From Thiobacillus denitrificans (lineage in GTDB: Bacteria; Pseudomonadota; Gammaproteobacteria; Burkholderiales; Thiobacillaceae): a stretch of 64,000 nucleotides of DNA. Where the stretch lies: contig DYIY01000009.1 in NCBI GenBank assembly GCA_020723405.1, positions 110,427-174,426 of the forward strand, in the 5' to 3' direction. A program made the position numbers and the translations under genes. Under the pieces are notes generated by a model, which saw nothing but the letters and a program-made list of their open reading frames with translations, was not told the origin of the DNA and ran no database searches. Position 1 is the stretch's first letter; each line of letters opens with the position of its first letter. Below are positions 24,270 to 32,577 of the stretch, one piece after another.

Positions 24270-25124
24270 ATGCTGAGGCCTCTCTTGCTGAAATTGATGG
24301 TCGTCGGATTGCTGGTGCTGGGAGGCATCGCCGTGTTTCAGGATCGCTTGCTCTATTTTCCCGAGGGGATTGACTTGCCAAGCTTGCTGGCTCAGACCCA
24401 TCGGGTGAAGCTGCAAGCCTGGCCGGCCGAGGGCGAATTCCGCGGTCTGGTGCGCTCGCCGGAAGGTACCGCCCGGGGGACGCTGGTGATGTTCCACGGC
24501 AATGCCGGCCATGCCGGGCATCGGACCTTCTATGCCGGGCTGGCGCGCTATGGTTTGCGTGTCATCCTGGCGGAATATCCTGGATACGGCCCCCGGACGG
24601 GCAAGCCGGGGGAGACGGTGCTGGTGGCCGATGCGTTGGAAACCCTGGCGCGGGTGCGCCGGGATTTTGGCGGGCCCGTGCTGCTGGCCGGTGAATCCCT
24701 GGGGGCGGGCGTGGCGGCCGCGACTTACGCCCGGGCGCCGGAATCCGTCGCGGGACTCTGGCTGATCACGCCCTGGGACAGCCTGGCCAACGTGGCCCGC
24801 CATCACTATCCCTGGCTGCCGGTGAAATCCCTGCTGCGCGACCGTTATGACAACCTGCGCCATCTGGCCGACGCGAAAGCCCCGGTCGCCATCTTGGTGG
24901 CCGAACGGGACAGCATCATTCCGGCCCGTTTCGGCCGCAATCTCTACGAACAATTGCACGCCCCCAAACGCCTCTGGCAGGTGCCGGGGGCAGAGCACGA
25001 CGACTGGCCGGGCTTCGTGGACGAGGGATGGTGGGCCGAGATGGCAGACCATCTGCTGCAATCCTCCGGTGGGTGGGGGAGCGGGGCTTCGGCCAGGGCG
25101 GAATCCGCGTTGCTGCGGGAATGA
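24270..25124 (+). CDS. Alpha/beta hydrolase
   Basis: 284 aa with an N-terminal TM segment. Contains HGNAGHAGHR and a GESLGAGVAA nucleophile elbow (GxSxG). Confidence 0.8.
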   Translation: MLRPLLLKLMVVGLLVLGGIAVFQDRLLYFPEGIDLPSLLAQTHRVKLQAWPAEGEFRGLVRSPEGTARGTLVMFHGNAGHAGHRTFYAGLARYGLRVILAEYPGYGPRTGKPGETVLVADALETLARVRRDFGGPVLLAGESLGAGVAAATYARAPESVAGLWLITPWDSLANVARHHYPWLPVKSLLRDRYDNLRHLADAKAPVAILVAERDSIIPARFGRNLYEQLHAPKRLWQVPGAEHDDWPGFVDEGWWAEMADHLLQSSGGWGSGASARAESALLRE

Positions 25125-25232
25125 AAGACGGATAACGGGAGGTGGGCAGGGGGCGTTAAGATGCCCCGCTCCGGCCCTCAACCCGCCAGGCCGCTGTCTG
25201 GGGTGGCCGACGTCATCCTCTTCAACACGCCC

Positions 25233-25718
25233 ATGAAAGCCAAGACCATGCCTCGCCTTCTCCGCACCGTTTCCTTCCTCGTCCTCATGGTTGCCAGCGC
25301 CGCCCAGGCCGGCGACGACGCCCGGCTCAACTCGGCCCTGCGCCTGTTGGATGTGATGGACATGCGCGACACCCTGACCCGCACCATCGAGCAGTCCCTG
25401 GAAGTGGAACTGGAAAAGTCTCCGGAGCTGCGGCCGTTTCGCCAGGTGATGCTCACTTTCCTGAACAAGCATATGGGCTTTGACAGCGTGCGCATGGACT
25501 TCGCCCAGATCTATGCCGAAGCCTTCAACGAGAAGGAACTGGCGGAAATGGCCAGCTTCTACGCCACGCCCACCGGCCGCAAGGCCATCGAGAAGCTGCC
25601 TGAACTCACGGCCATGGGTGCCCGCCTGGGCCAGCGCAAGGTGGAAGAGAACGCGGCGGAGTTGCAGGCCATGATCACGGATGAAGCCAGGCGTCTGGAG
25701 GCCCTGCTGAAGAAGTGA
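25233..25718 (+). CDS. DUF2059 domain periplasmic protein
   Basis: Signal peptide (MKAKTMPRLLRTVSFLVLMVASAAQA) followed by helical DUF2059-like repeats. The start is uncertain (25161/25233/25248). Confidence 0.6.
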   Translation: MKAKTMPRLLRTVSFLVLMVASAAQAGDDARLNSALRLLDVMDMRDTLTRTIEQSLEVELEKSPELRPFRQVMLTFLNKHMGFDSVRMDFAQIYAEAFNEKELAEMASFYATPTGRKAIEKLPELTAMGARLGQRKVEENAAELQAMITDEARRLEALLKK

Positions 25719-25751
25719 GGGCGGACGGGATCGCGGCAAGGGTCCGCTTCG

Positions 25752-26012
25752 TTATGTTCGAACCGCCGGGCGGTGAGCTTTCGGCTTGCCACGGGTCGCG
25801 GTTAGCGGGCTGACACCTCCGTTCAGGGCCTCGACCATCCTTGCCAGGGCTTCCAGTGCTGGGTCCGCGGCGGCATCAATCTGGGCCCGGATGATGGCGC
25901 CATCCGTGGCGACGGCCAGGGCCCGGGCGATCTCTGCTTGCTGGGGGCCGCGTGGCAGCAGGGTTGCCATGACGGCACCCATCTCGGCCTTGTGCTTGTG
26001 CGTGCGCTCCAC
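25752..26012 (-). CDS. Hypothetical small protein (86 aa)
   Basis: ORF only, with no homology recognised. It overlaps a plus-strand ORF on the opposite strand. Confidence 0.2.
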   Translation of the reverse strand: MERTHKHKAEMGAVMATLLPRGPQQAEIARALAVATDGAIIRAQIDAAADPALEALARMVEALNGGVSPLTATRGKPKAHRPAVRT

Positions 26013-26342
26013 AGGGGCTCAGCCGTACTGGCCGAAAGCCCCCGGCCATAACCAGCAGCCCTTTCGTACCAACACCCTTTCATACCGGTTGAATGCCGTT
26101 CGCTTTGCCTATGCATGGCACGACGATTCCGGCCAGCGGTTCCGCTCTTACGGCAATGAGAATGGGGAGTTCGATGCCAATGGGCTCATGCTGCGGCGCT
26201 TCGCCAGCATCAACGATCTGCCCATCCCGCCCGAGGCCCGCATGTTCCATTGGCCCCCGGGGCGGCGCCCGGACGCCCAACCGGGCCTGGGCGAACTGGG
26301 TTTGTAAAGCGCGTCCACGCCGGACCAGGCCAGCCACCCCCC

Positions 26343-27302
26343 TCAGTGCAGGCGAAAGAAGTGGGTGTCCGGATGCCGGCGCAGGGCTCGCTGCACGTCC
26401 TTGTCGTCGCTCAGGAAGGCCGGTACTTCCCGGGTCGGGGTGAAGCAGAAGCGTCGGGGCAGGTCGGTGTAGAGGGAACGGGGTGGGGCCGTGCCGGTGA
26501 TTCCCTTGAGCAACTGGCCGCCTCGTTCGCTGTGGTAATAGACCCCGTTGATGCCCAGTTCGTCGCGGATGAAGTGGATGGCGGCCCAGAGCATGGCTTC
26601 GGCCCACAGGGCGCTATAGCGGGTGCGCACGTGGACGCAGTAATCCAGGGTCGTGGCCAGGCTGCATTCCAGGCCGTAGATCTTTGTCGAGGCGCTGGCC
26701 GGGTGACCCGCCGCCAGTTTGCCCCGCGCCCGTTCTTCCAGCCAGGCCACGTTGCGCACCCAGTCGGACTGGATTTCCTCGATGAGGGCACAGTTGGCCG
26801 CCAGATCCACATCCAGGCGGGCCCAGGCCAAGGTGTTGCGTAGACAGGAAACCGGGTGGCCCCAGTAGTTGAAGCGCGACAGGCGGCAGCCCAGAGCCCG
26901 GAAGCGGCGCTCGTGTTCCGTGTTGAAGTTCAGTTGCAGCACCAGGTTGAAACCGGGCCGGGAAATCTGCCGGTGTCGGCGTTCACTGCGTCGCGCGCTG
27001 CCCCACAGGGCCAGGTTGAGAATGAAATGGGACTGCTGGGGATCGTGGTCGTGGAGGGCCAGGTAGGGCGCGTCCAGGGGCCCGTGGCCCCGGCCGGCCA
27101 GCAGGGTGCGCACCCGGGGTTTCTGCAACAGGGGCGCGTAGGGTGTTTGTTTTAGCGCAGCGACGCTGAAGCCCGGGCCAGATGGGCTGCGCTGGCTCAA
27201 GTGCCGCAACAGGCCGATGCTGTAGCGGTCGCGGTAATAGGGAAAGACGGTTCGCTCACCCTGCAGGCAAGCGAGGATTTCCTGGGCAACGTGGAGGTCC
27301 AT
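26343..27302 (-). CDS. Uncharacterised protein (320 aa), downstream of rtcB1 on the same strand
   Basis: Long ORF with no recognised motifs. Start assigned to ATG at 27302 (MDLHVAQEIL...). The ORF track allows a TTG at 27368. Confidence 0.5.
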   Translation of the reverse strand: MDLHVAQEILACLQGERTVFPYYRDRYSIGLLRHLSQRSPSGPGFSVAALKQTPYAPLLQKPRVRTLLAGRGHGPLDAPYLALHDHDPQQSHFILNLALWGSARRSERRHRQISRPGFNLVLQLNFNTEHERRFRALGCRLSRFNYWGHPVSCLRNTLAWARLDVDLAANCALIEEIQSDWVRNVAWLEERARGKLAAGHPASASTKIYGLECSLATTLDYCVHVRTRYSALWAEAMLWAAIHFIRDELGINGVYYHSERGGQLLKGITGTAPPRSLYTDLPRRFCFTPTREVPAFLSDDKDVQRALRRHPDTHFFRLH

Positions 27303-27433
27303 GGGGGAATTCCGTGGTGGTGGTCGGGCATGGGGTAAGGGCGTTGAAGGGGCGGTAATCGCCGGCAAGTGGGGGTTTCATGGCGTTCTCCTTGGGGTGA
27401 AAGTGCCCGCCCCGGTGGGGGCGGGCGGTTGGG

Positions 27434-27628
27434 TCAGTCGATCTCGAATTCGGCTTTGTCACCGTTCAACAAACCGGCGAGGCATTGCCGGGTGCGCTGG
27501 CGCATCTGCTGGCGGATGGCCTTGCCCGTCTTGCCATGGGCACCGGCGCGACGGGTCAGGGCAGCCACCACCAGCGGATTGCGAGGCGTGCTGGGGGGCA
27601 CCAGGGTGGGGGTCTTCTTGCGCGGCAT
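27434..27628 (-). CDS. Small basic protein (64 aa) translationally coupled to rtcB1
   Basis: ATG 4 nt after the rtcB1 stop, with AAGGGG 7 nt upstream. MPRKKTPTLVPPSTPRNPLVVAALTRRAGAHGKTGKAIRQQMRQRTRQ..., with no known family. Confidence 0.4.
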   Translation of the reverse strand: MPRKKTPTLVPPSTPRNPLVVAALTRRAGAHGKTGKAIRQQMRQRTRQCLAGLLNGDKAEFEID

Positions 27629-27631
27629 GGC

Positions 27632-28840
27632 CTACCCCTTCACGCACAGGACCTGTTTCAGGGTATGGACGGGCTCCACCAGATCCCGCTGGTTTTCCAT
27701 CACCTGATCGATGTCCTTGTAGGCGGCCGGAATTTCGTCCACCACCCCGCCGTCCTTGCGGCACTCCACGCCGGCCGTCTGGGCTTCCAGATCGAACCGG
27801 TCGAAGCGGCGCTTGGCGGCGCTGCGGCTCATGCGCCGCCCCGCCCCGTGGGAGCAGGAACAGAAGGACGCCGGGTTGCCCAGCCCGCGCACGATGTAGG
27901 AGCGGGCCCCCATGCTGCCGGGGATGATGCCCAGTTCCCCGGCCCGGGCCGAGATGGCGCCCTTGCGGGTGATGAACAGACGCTCACCGAAGTGCTCCTC
28001 CCGGGCCACGTAGTTGTGGTGGCAGTTGATGGCCTCTTCCTCCAGGCGAAAGCCCGGCAGCAGGGGTTTCATGGCCTCCACGATGGCCGCCATCATGCGG
28101 CTGCGGTTGAGCAGGGCGTAGTCCTGGGCCCATTCCACCGCTTCCACGTAGTCGTCGAACAGATCCGAGCCTTCAGAAAAATAGGCCAGGTCCTGGTCCG
28201 GCAGGCGGATCTGATGGCGGCGCATGTCCTTCCGCGCCGCTTCGATGAAATAGCGGCCCAGCACGTTGCCGATGCCCCGGGAACCGGAGTGCAGCATGAT
28301 CCAGACCCGGTCCGCCTCGTCGAGACAGAGCTCGATGAAGTGGTTGCCGCCCCCCAGGGTGCCGATCTGGCACAGCCAGGTTTCGTTGAAGCGGCGCTGC
28401 ATCTTCATCAGGCCCGGATGCTTGCCGACGATTACGTCCAGCCGGTCGTTAAGCGACCGCCCGATGCGTTGCAGGGCGCTGCCCCGCATGCGGCTGGCCG
28501 CGTGCTGGTTGAAGCCCACCGGGATGGCCGCCTCGATGGCCAGGCGCAGCCCGCGCAGGTTGTCGGGCAGATCGCCGGCCACCAGCGAGGTGCGCACCGC
28601 GTTCATGCCGCAGCCGATGTCCACCCCCACCGCCGCCGGGATGATGGCGTGGAGGGTGGGGATGACGCTGCCCACCGTGGCGCCGATGCCCGCATGCACG
28701 TCGGGCATGGCGGCCACGTGGCCGTGCACGATGGGCAGATCGGCGATGTTGAGCAACTGCCGGAGGGCCTCCGGTTCGATGTCGCGGGTCCAGATCTTGA
28801 CCGGTACGCGACCCTTGTTCAGTTCAATGTAATTTCCCAT
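27632..28840 (-). CDS. rtcB: RNA-splicing ligase RtcB (divergent paralog 1)
   Basis: 402 aa with the RtcB hallmark motifs MPDVHAGIGATVGSVIPT, GNHFIELC, HSGSRGIG and CSHGAGR. More diverged from E. coli RtcB than the second copy at 33068. Confidence 0.93.
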   Translation of the reverse strand: MGNYIELNKGRVPVKIWTRDIEPEALRQLLNIADLPIVHGHVAAMPDVHAGIGATVGSVIPTLHAIIPAAVGVDIGCGMNAVRTSLVAGDLPDNLRGLRLAIEAAIPVGFNQHAASRMRGSALQRIGRSLNDRLDVIVGKHPGLMKMQRRFNETWLCQIGTLGGGNHFIELCLDEADRVWIMLHSGSRGIGNVLGRYFIEAARKDMRRHQIRLPDQDLAYFSEGSDLFDDYVEAVEWAQDYALLNRSRMMAAIVEAMKPLLPGFRLEEEAINCHHNYVAREEHFGERLFITRKGAISARAGELGIIPGSMGARSYIVRGLGNPASFCSCSHGAGRRMSRSAAKRRFDRFDLEAQTAGVECRKDGGVVDEIPAAYKDIDQVMENQRDLVEPVHTLKQVLCVKG

Positions 28841-29194
28841 GATGATTCCAAAACGGTTGCGGCAAGGCCGCGGTTGTTGGAATCCGGGAGGGGAGGCGAG
28901 GCAGGAAAATGCATCGCCAAAAACAAAAACCCCCGGCTCATGGCCAGGGGTTCTCTGCTACCCGGCCCGGATTCGCCTTGCGCGAAATCCGGGCAACGTC
29001 ATGCCGGCGGACTTAGCGCGTTGTTTCCTTCAAGTTGTCAGCTGGCATGGGGTTCTCCTTGCAAAATGGGTTGAAAAAATCAGGGGGCGGATTCTGGTGA
29101 TCGGCCTTGGGGCTGTCAATGGGTTTGCCCAAGCGCGATGGCCTCGCGCCCGGAGAAGGGTTGAGTGTGTGGCGCGGAAGACACATTGTTGGAT

Positions 29195-30784
29195 TCAGCC
29201 CGCCTTCACCGCCTCAAAGTTCAACGCAAAACGCGCCAGGTATTTGCGCAGCCGATCTGCATCATTGGCCGACTTCTTGCCCTGGCGGGAAACGGCATAG
29301 AGCTGCCGACCCGCTTCCGACAAGGTGCCACAGCGGCGGCAGGTCTCGATGACGAAGGCCAGTTGGTGGCGATCAAAGAGGTCCAGTTCGTCGGCCTGGT
29401 CACCCAGCAGTTCCGCCACCGGGTCGGGCAGGGGGGTAGCCCTCCAGGTGCGGCGCAGGCGGTCGATCTCTTCGGCCACGTTGGCTTCGTTGATGCGCCC
29501 GGCGGTGCTCAGGGTGGCCATGCGCGTCACCGAGGCGCCCAGCTCGCGGAAATTGCCCCGCCATTGGGCCTGGTGGCTGGCGGCGAAGGCCAGGTAACGG
29601 CGCCGGGCCTCCAGGTTGAAGCGCACCTGCTGGCCCTGTTCCCGGGCGTGGCGTTCCAGTTCGAAATCCAGGTTGGGTTCAATGTCCTCCGGCCGCTGGG
29701 CCAGGCCCGGCAGATCGAAGGTCCACAGGTTGATGCGGGCGAACAGGTCTTCCCGGAAACGGCCTTCCGCCACCCATAGGCGCAGATCCCGGTGGGTGCC
29801 GGCGATGAGCTGGAATTCGCTGTCCACTTCCCGGTCGGCGCCAAAGGGGAAGAAGCGCTTCTCCTCGATGGCCTTGAGCAGCATGGCCTGTTCGTCCAGG
29901 CCCAGCTCGCCGATTTCATCCAGGAACAGCAGGCCCCCGTGGGCGGCCCGCAGCAGCCCGGGCCGTTCGGTCTGGGCGCCGGTGAAGGCGCCCTTCACGT
30001 GACCGAACAGGGTGGACATGGCCGAGTCGCCGCGCAGGGTGGCGCAGTTCACCTCGATGAAGCGGCCGGCCAGCCGTTGCCGCTGGCGCTTCAGTTCGTA
30101 CACCCGGCGGGCCAGGAAGGATTTGCCGGCGCCGGTGGGCCCCACCAGCAGCATGGGGGCCCGGGAGCGCCCGGCCACCTGTTCGATGCGCTCGATCATG
30201 CGGTTGAAGGCCGGGTTGCGGGTGGCGATGCCGGATTTCAGCAGGGACACGTTGTCCGTGTGTTCCCGGGCGAAGCGTTGGGCGATCTTGTCGTAGCGGG
30301 ACAGGTCCAGGTCGATGATCTCGTAGCTGCCGATGCTGTTTGCGATCTCTTTCTTGCGCGGCGGCGAAGTCTGCACCAGCCGGGCTGGCAGGGTGCGGGC
30401 TTCGGCCAGGAGGAACCAGCAGATCTGCGCCACGTGGGTGCCGGTGGTGATGTGGATCAGGTAGTCCTCGTGTTCCGGGTCGAAGGGGTAGGCCTGGGCG
30501 AAATCCAGCAGGCTGGTGTAGACCTCCTGGAAGTCCCAGGGGTCGCGCAGCTCCCGTTCCACCCGATTCACCTGGGTCTCCGGGGACACCGCGCCGATGT
30601 CCAGACGGACCCGTTCGGCCAGGCCCCGGCTGCGGGCGTCATGCATCAGCTCCAGGCGATGGACCACCAGGTTCTCCTGCTGACAGAGAGCCACGCTGGG
30701 CCGCCACTTGTCCCAACGGCCCGCGCCTTTGCCGCCGTAGTCCAGCTGGGTGCCGAGGAAGCCGAAAACCACGGTGCGCTTCAT
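29195..30784 (-). CDS. rtcR: Sigma54-dependent transcriptional regulator RtcR (CARF-domain enhancer-binding protein)
   Basis: 529 aa, collinear with E. coli RtcR. The CARF-like N-terminus is MKRTVVFGFLGTQLDYGG...WRPSVALCQQE. AAA+ Walker A GPTGAGKS and GAFTGA motif HVKGAFTGA are present. C-terminus is ...NDADRLRKYLARF. Confidence 0.93.
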   Translation of the reverse strand: MKRTVVFGFLGTQLDYGGKGAGRWDKWRPSVALCQQENLVVHRLELMHDARSRGLAERVRLDIGAVSPETQVNRVERELRDPWDFQEVYTSLLDFAQAYPFDPEHEDYLIHITTGTHVAQICWFLLAEARTLPARLVQTSPPRKKEIANSIGSYEIIDLDLSRYDKIAQRFAREHTDNVSLLKSGIATRNPAFNRMIERIEQVAGRSRAPMLLVGPTGAGKSFLARRVYELKRQRQRLAGRFIEVNCATLRGDSAMSTLFGHVKGAFTGAQTERPGLLRAAHGGLLFLDEIGELGLDEQAMLLKAIEEKRFFPFGADREVDSEFQLIAGTHRDLRLWVAEGRFREDLFARINLWTFDLPGLAQRPEDIEPNLDFELERHAREQGQQVRFNLEARRRYLAFAASHQAQWRGNFRELGASVTRMATLSTAGRINEANVAEEIDRLRRTWRATPLPDPVAELLGDQADELDLFDRHQLAFVIETCRRCGTLSEAGRQLYAVSRQGKKSANDADRLRKYLARFALNFEAVKAG

Positions 30785-30790
30785 GGGCGC

Positions 30791-30841
30791 TTATCCAAAT
30801 AGATAAATGACGAGTGCAAATTCTACGGATGTTGGAATTTG
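30791..30841. promoter_or_regulatory. Candidate RtcR upstream activating sequences (inverted repeats)
   Basis: TTATC-N6-GATAA (30791-30806) and CAAATTC-N11-GAATTTG (30817-30841), in an atypically AT-rich divergent region between rtcR and the sigma54 promoter. Confidence 0.35.
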
Positions 30842-30883
30842 TCAGGGCATGTTTTTTACCGGCAAGAGAAATTAATAATGTTT

Positions 30884-30896
30884 AATCAATGCGTTA
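30884..30896 (+). promoter_or_regulatory. Candidate IHF site (AATCAATGCGTTA; WATCAANNNNTTR)
   Basis: Matches the IHF core. Located between the candidate UAS and the sigma54 -24 element, the usual geometry for EBP-dependent promoters. Confidence 0.4.
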
Positions 30897-30924
30897 GAGA
30901 TTTGTTGCCGGCTGCCGCCCGGGT

Positions 30925-30941
30925 TGGCACGGTCCTCGCAA
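30925..30941 (+). promoter_or_regulatory. Sigma54 promoter -24/-12 (TGGCACG-GTCC-TCGCA)
   Basis: GG-N10-GC spacing is exact, with a strong match to TGGCACG-N4-TTGCW. Divergent from rtcR. Predicted TSS about 30951. Confidence 0.75.
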
Positions 30942-31059
30942 TACCTGTCCCGATCGCTGAATTGCTGCAATGGCCCACGGGCCGGGGTTTCCAGGCCCCG
31001 CCGGTGCGGTGGGACCGGGCTCAGGCCCGTCGTCGTGCCGTATGCCGCCGCAAGGAGGA

Positions 31060-31210
31060 GGCGGTTGTTGCGAGCCTGGGTGGCTCGCCGGGTTCGATTC
31101 CCGGCTCGCAAGCCTTGGATAGCTCAGAGGGTAGAGCAACCGTGCAAACGGTGTGTCGCGGGTTCGACTCCCGCTCCAAACCTGTCCTGATAAGACAGAT
31201 CGTGTCATTG
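31060..31210 (+). ncRNA. Tandem tRNA-like elements in the 5' leader (candidate Y-RNA/YrlA-like tRNA mimic)
   Basis: Module 1 (31068-31109): acceptor-like GCGAG/CTCGC stacked on T-arm CCGGG-TTCGATT-CCCGG (a minihelix). Module 2 (31113-31181): 5-bp acceptor (TTGGA/TCCAA), D-arm GCTC-AGAGGGTA-GAGC, anticodon arm replaced by ACCGT-GCAA-ACGGT (GNRA-capped stem), and T-arm GCGGG-TTCGACT-CCCGC. A CTGTC-CUGAUAA-GACAG hairpin follows (31184-31200). Confidence 0.5.
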
Positions 31211-31426
31211 CAGTACCCGCCGGTTGCGGCATGCGCAAGCACCCGCCACCGGTTCCGCCGGTTCCCGGTCCGCAAGGACGGCAAGGAACGGGCGGGCCGG
31301 GCACCCCGCCCTCCGGCCCCCGGGTCGGGCGGAGGGTGAACCGGCCCCCCGAACCTCCCCGCCCCTGTCGCCCGAAGGGCTCGTGGGACCGGTGCCCGCC
31401 GGCCACTTCAGAAAAAGGAACAAGTC

Positions 31427-32575
31427 ATGTTGAAGCGTTTTGTGGTGAAGAAGAACGAACGGGGCGCCCTGCTGAAGGACGGCGACTTCGAGCGCATCCT
31501 GGATGCCGGCCGCCACTATTTCTGGGACCCCTTGAACCACCTGTCCCTGGTGGTGTGGAAGCTGGACGCGCCCATGGATGACCGGGACGTGGTGGATTAC
31601 CTGGTCCGCCACGATCCCCAGACGGCCGACGCCTGCTTCGAAAAAATGGAACTGGGCGAGGACGAGGCCGGCCTGCGCTATGAGAACGACGTGCTGGTGG
31701 AGGTGCTGCCCCCGGGAACCCGGCGTTATCACTGGAAAGGCGTGATCGTCCATCGCCTGGATAAAGTGGACCTGCGCCAGGGGTACGGCGTGGCGCCGGA
31801 ACTGGCCGCCCGTCTGCTCCAGCCGGCCTTGCACGGACGGGCCGTGGCGGGCCTGGCCGGCTTGCTGATCGCCCAGGTGCCCGCCTACCACGTGGGCGTG
31901 CTCAAGGTGGATGGCCGGGTGGAGCGGCTCCTGGGACCGGGCGTGGAAGCCTTCTGGCGGTTCAACCGGGATGTCCAGGTGGAGCTGGTGGATACCCGCC
32001 TGCAGAACATGGAAGTCACCGGCCAGGAAATCCTCTCCCGGGACAAGGTGAGCCTGCGTCTGAACCTGGCGGCCACCTGGCGTTACAGCGACGTGGAGCG
32101 GGCCCACGGCCAACTGGTGAAACCGGCGGAACACCTGTACCGGGAACTCCAGTTCGGCCTGCGCGCCGCGGTAGGCACTCGCGACCTGGATGCGCTGCTG
32201 GAAAACAAGCAGGTCATCGACGAGGTGGTGGGTCAGCACGTGCGCAGCAAGCTGGCCGGCTTCGGCATGGAAGTGGGTAGCGTGGGCGTGAAGGACATCA
32301 TCCTGCCCGGCGAGATGAAGACCATCCTGGCCCAGGTGGTGGAAGCGGAGAAGTCCGCCCAGGCCAACGTCATCCGCCGCCGGGAGGAAACGGCCGCCAC
32401 CCGTTCCCTGCTCAACACCGCCAAGGTGATGGAGGACAACCCCGTCGCCCTGCGCCTGAAGGAACTGGAAACCCTGGAAAGGGTGGCTGAACGCATCGAC
32501 CGCATCTCCGTGTTCGGCGGCCTGGACCAGGTGTTGAGCGGGTTGGTGAATCTGCGTTCGCCGTCCTCGGGTTAG
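31427..32575 (+). CDS. SPFH/band-7 (stomatin/prohibitin-like) domain protein, cytoplasmic, no TM segment
   Basis: 382 aa with the SPFH core GVKDIILPGEMKTILAQVVEAEKSAQANVIRRREETAATRSLLNTAKVMEDNPVALRLKELETL. AAGGAA RBS present. Confidence 0.85.
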   Translation: MLKRFVVKKNERGALLKDGDFERILDAGRHYFWDPLNHLSLVVWKLDAPMDDRDVVDYLVRHDPQTADACFEKMELGEDEAGLRYENDVLVEVLPPGTRRYHWKGVIVHRLDKVDLRQGYGVAPELAARLLQPALHGRAVAGLAGLLIAQVPAYHVGVLKVDGRVERLLGPGVEAFWRFNRDVQVELVDTRLQNMEVTGQEILSRDKVSLRLNLAATWRYSDVERAHGQLVKPAEHLYRELQFGLRAAVGTRDLDALLENKQVIDEVVGQHVRSKLAGFGMEVGSVGVKDIILPGEMKTILAQVVEAEKSAQANVIRRREETAATRSLLNTAKVMEDNPVALRLKELETLERVAERIDRISVFGGLDQVLSGLVNLRSPSSG

Positions 32576-32577
32576 TC

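Noticed and set aside
29043-29063. TGGCAT...TTGCA upstream of rtcB1 as a sigma54 promoter
   Set aside because: It is on the wrong strand for rtcB1 and has 10-nt rather than 5-nt spacing. Other candidates on the correct strand fail GG-N10-GC spacing or the -12 GC.
31060-31200. Possible bona fide tRNA genes (A-box and B-box present twice)
   Set aside because: The anticodon arm is a 5-bp stem with a 4-nt GNRA loop, the acceptor stem is only 5 bp, and module 1 lacks D and anticodon arms entirely. Called as tRNA-like ncRNA instead.
30839-31339. 166-aa plus-strand ORF overlapping the tRNA-like region
   Set aside because: It spans the sigma54 promoter and structured RNA, has no RBS, and its reading frame is dictated by the tRNA-like motifs.
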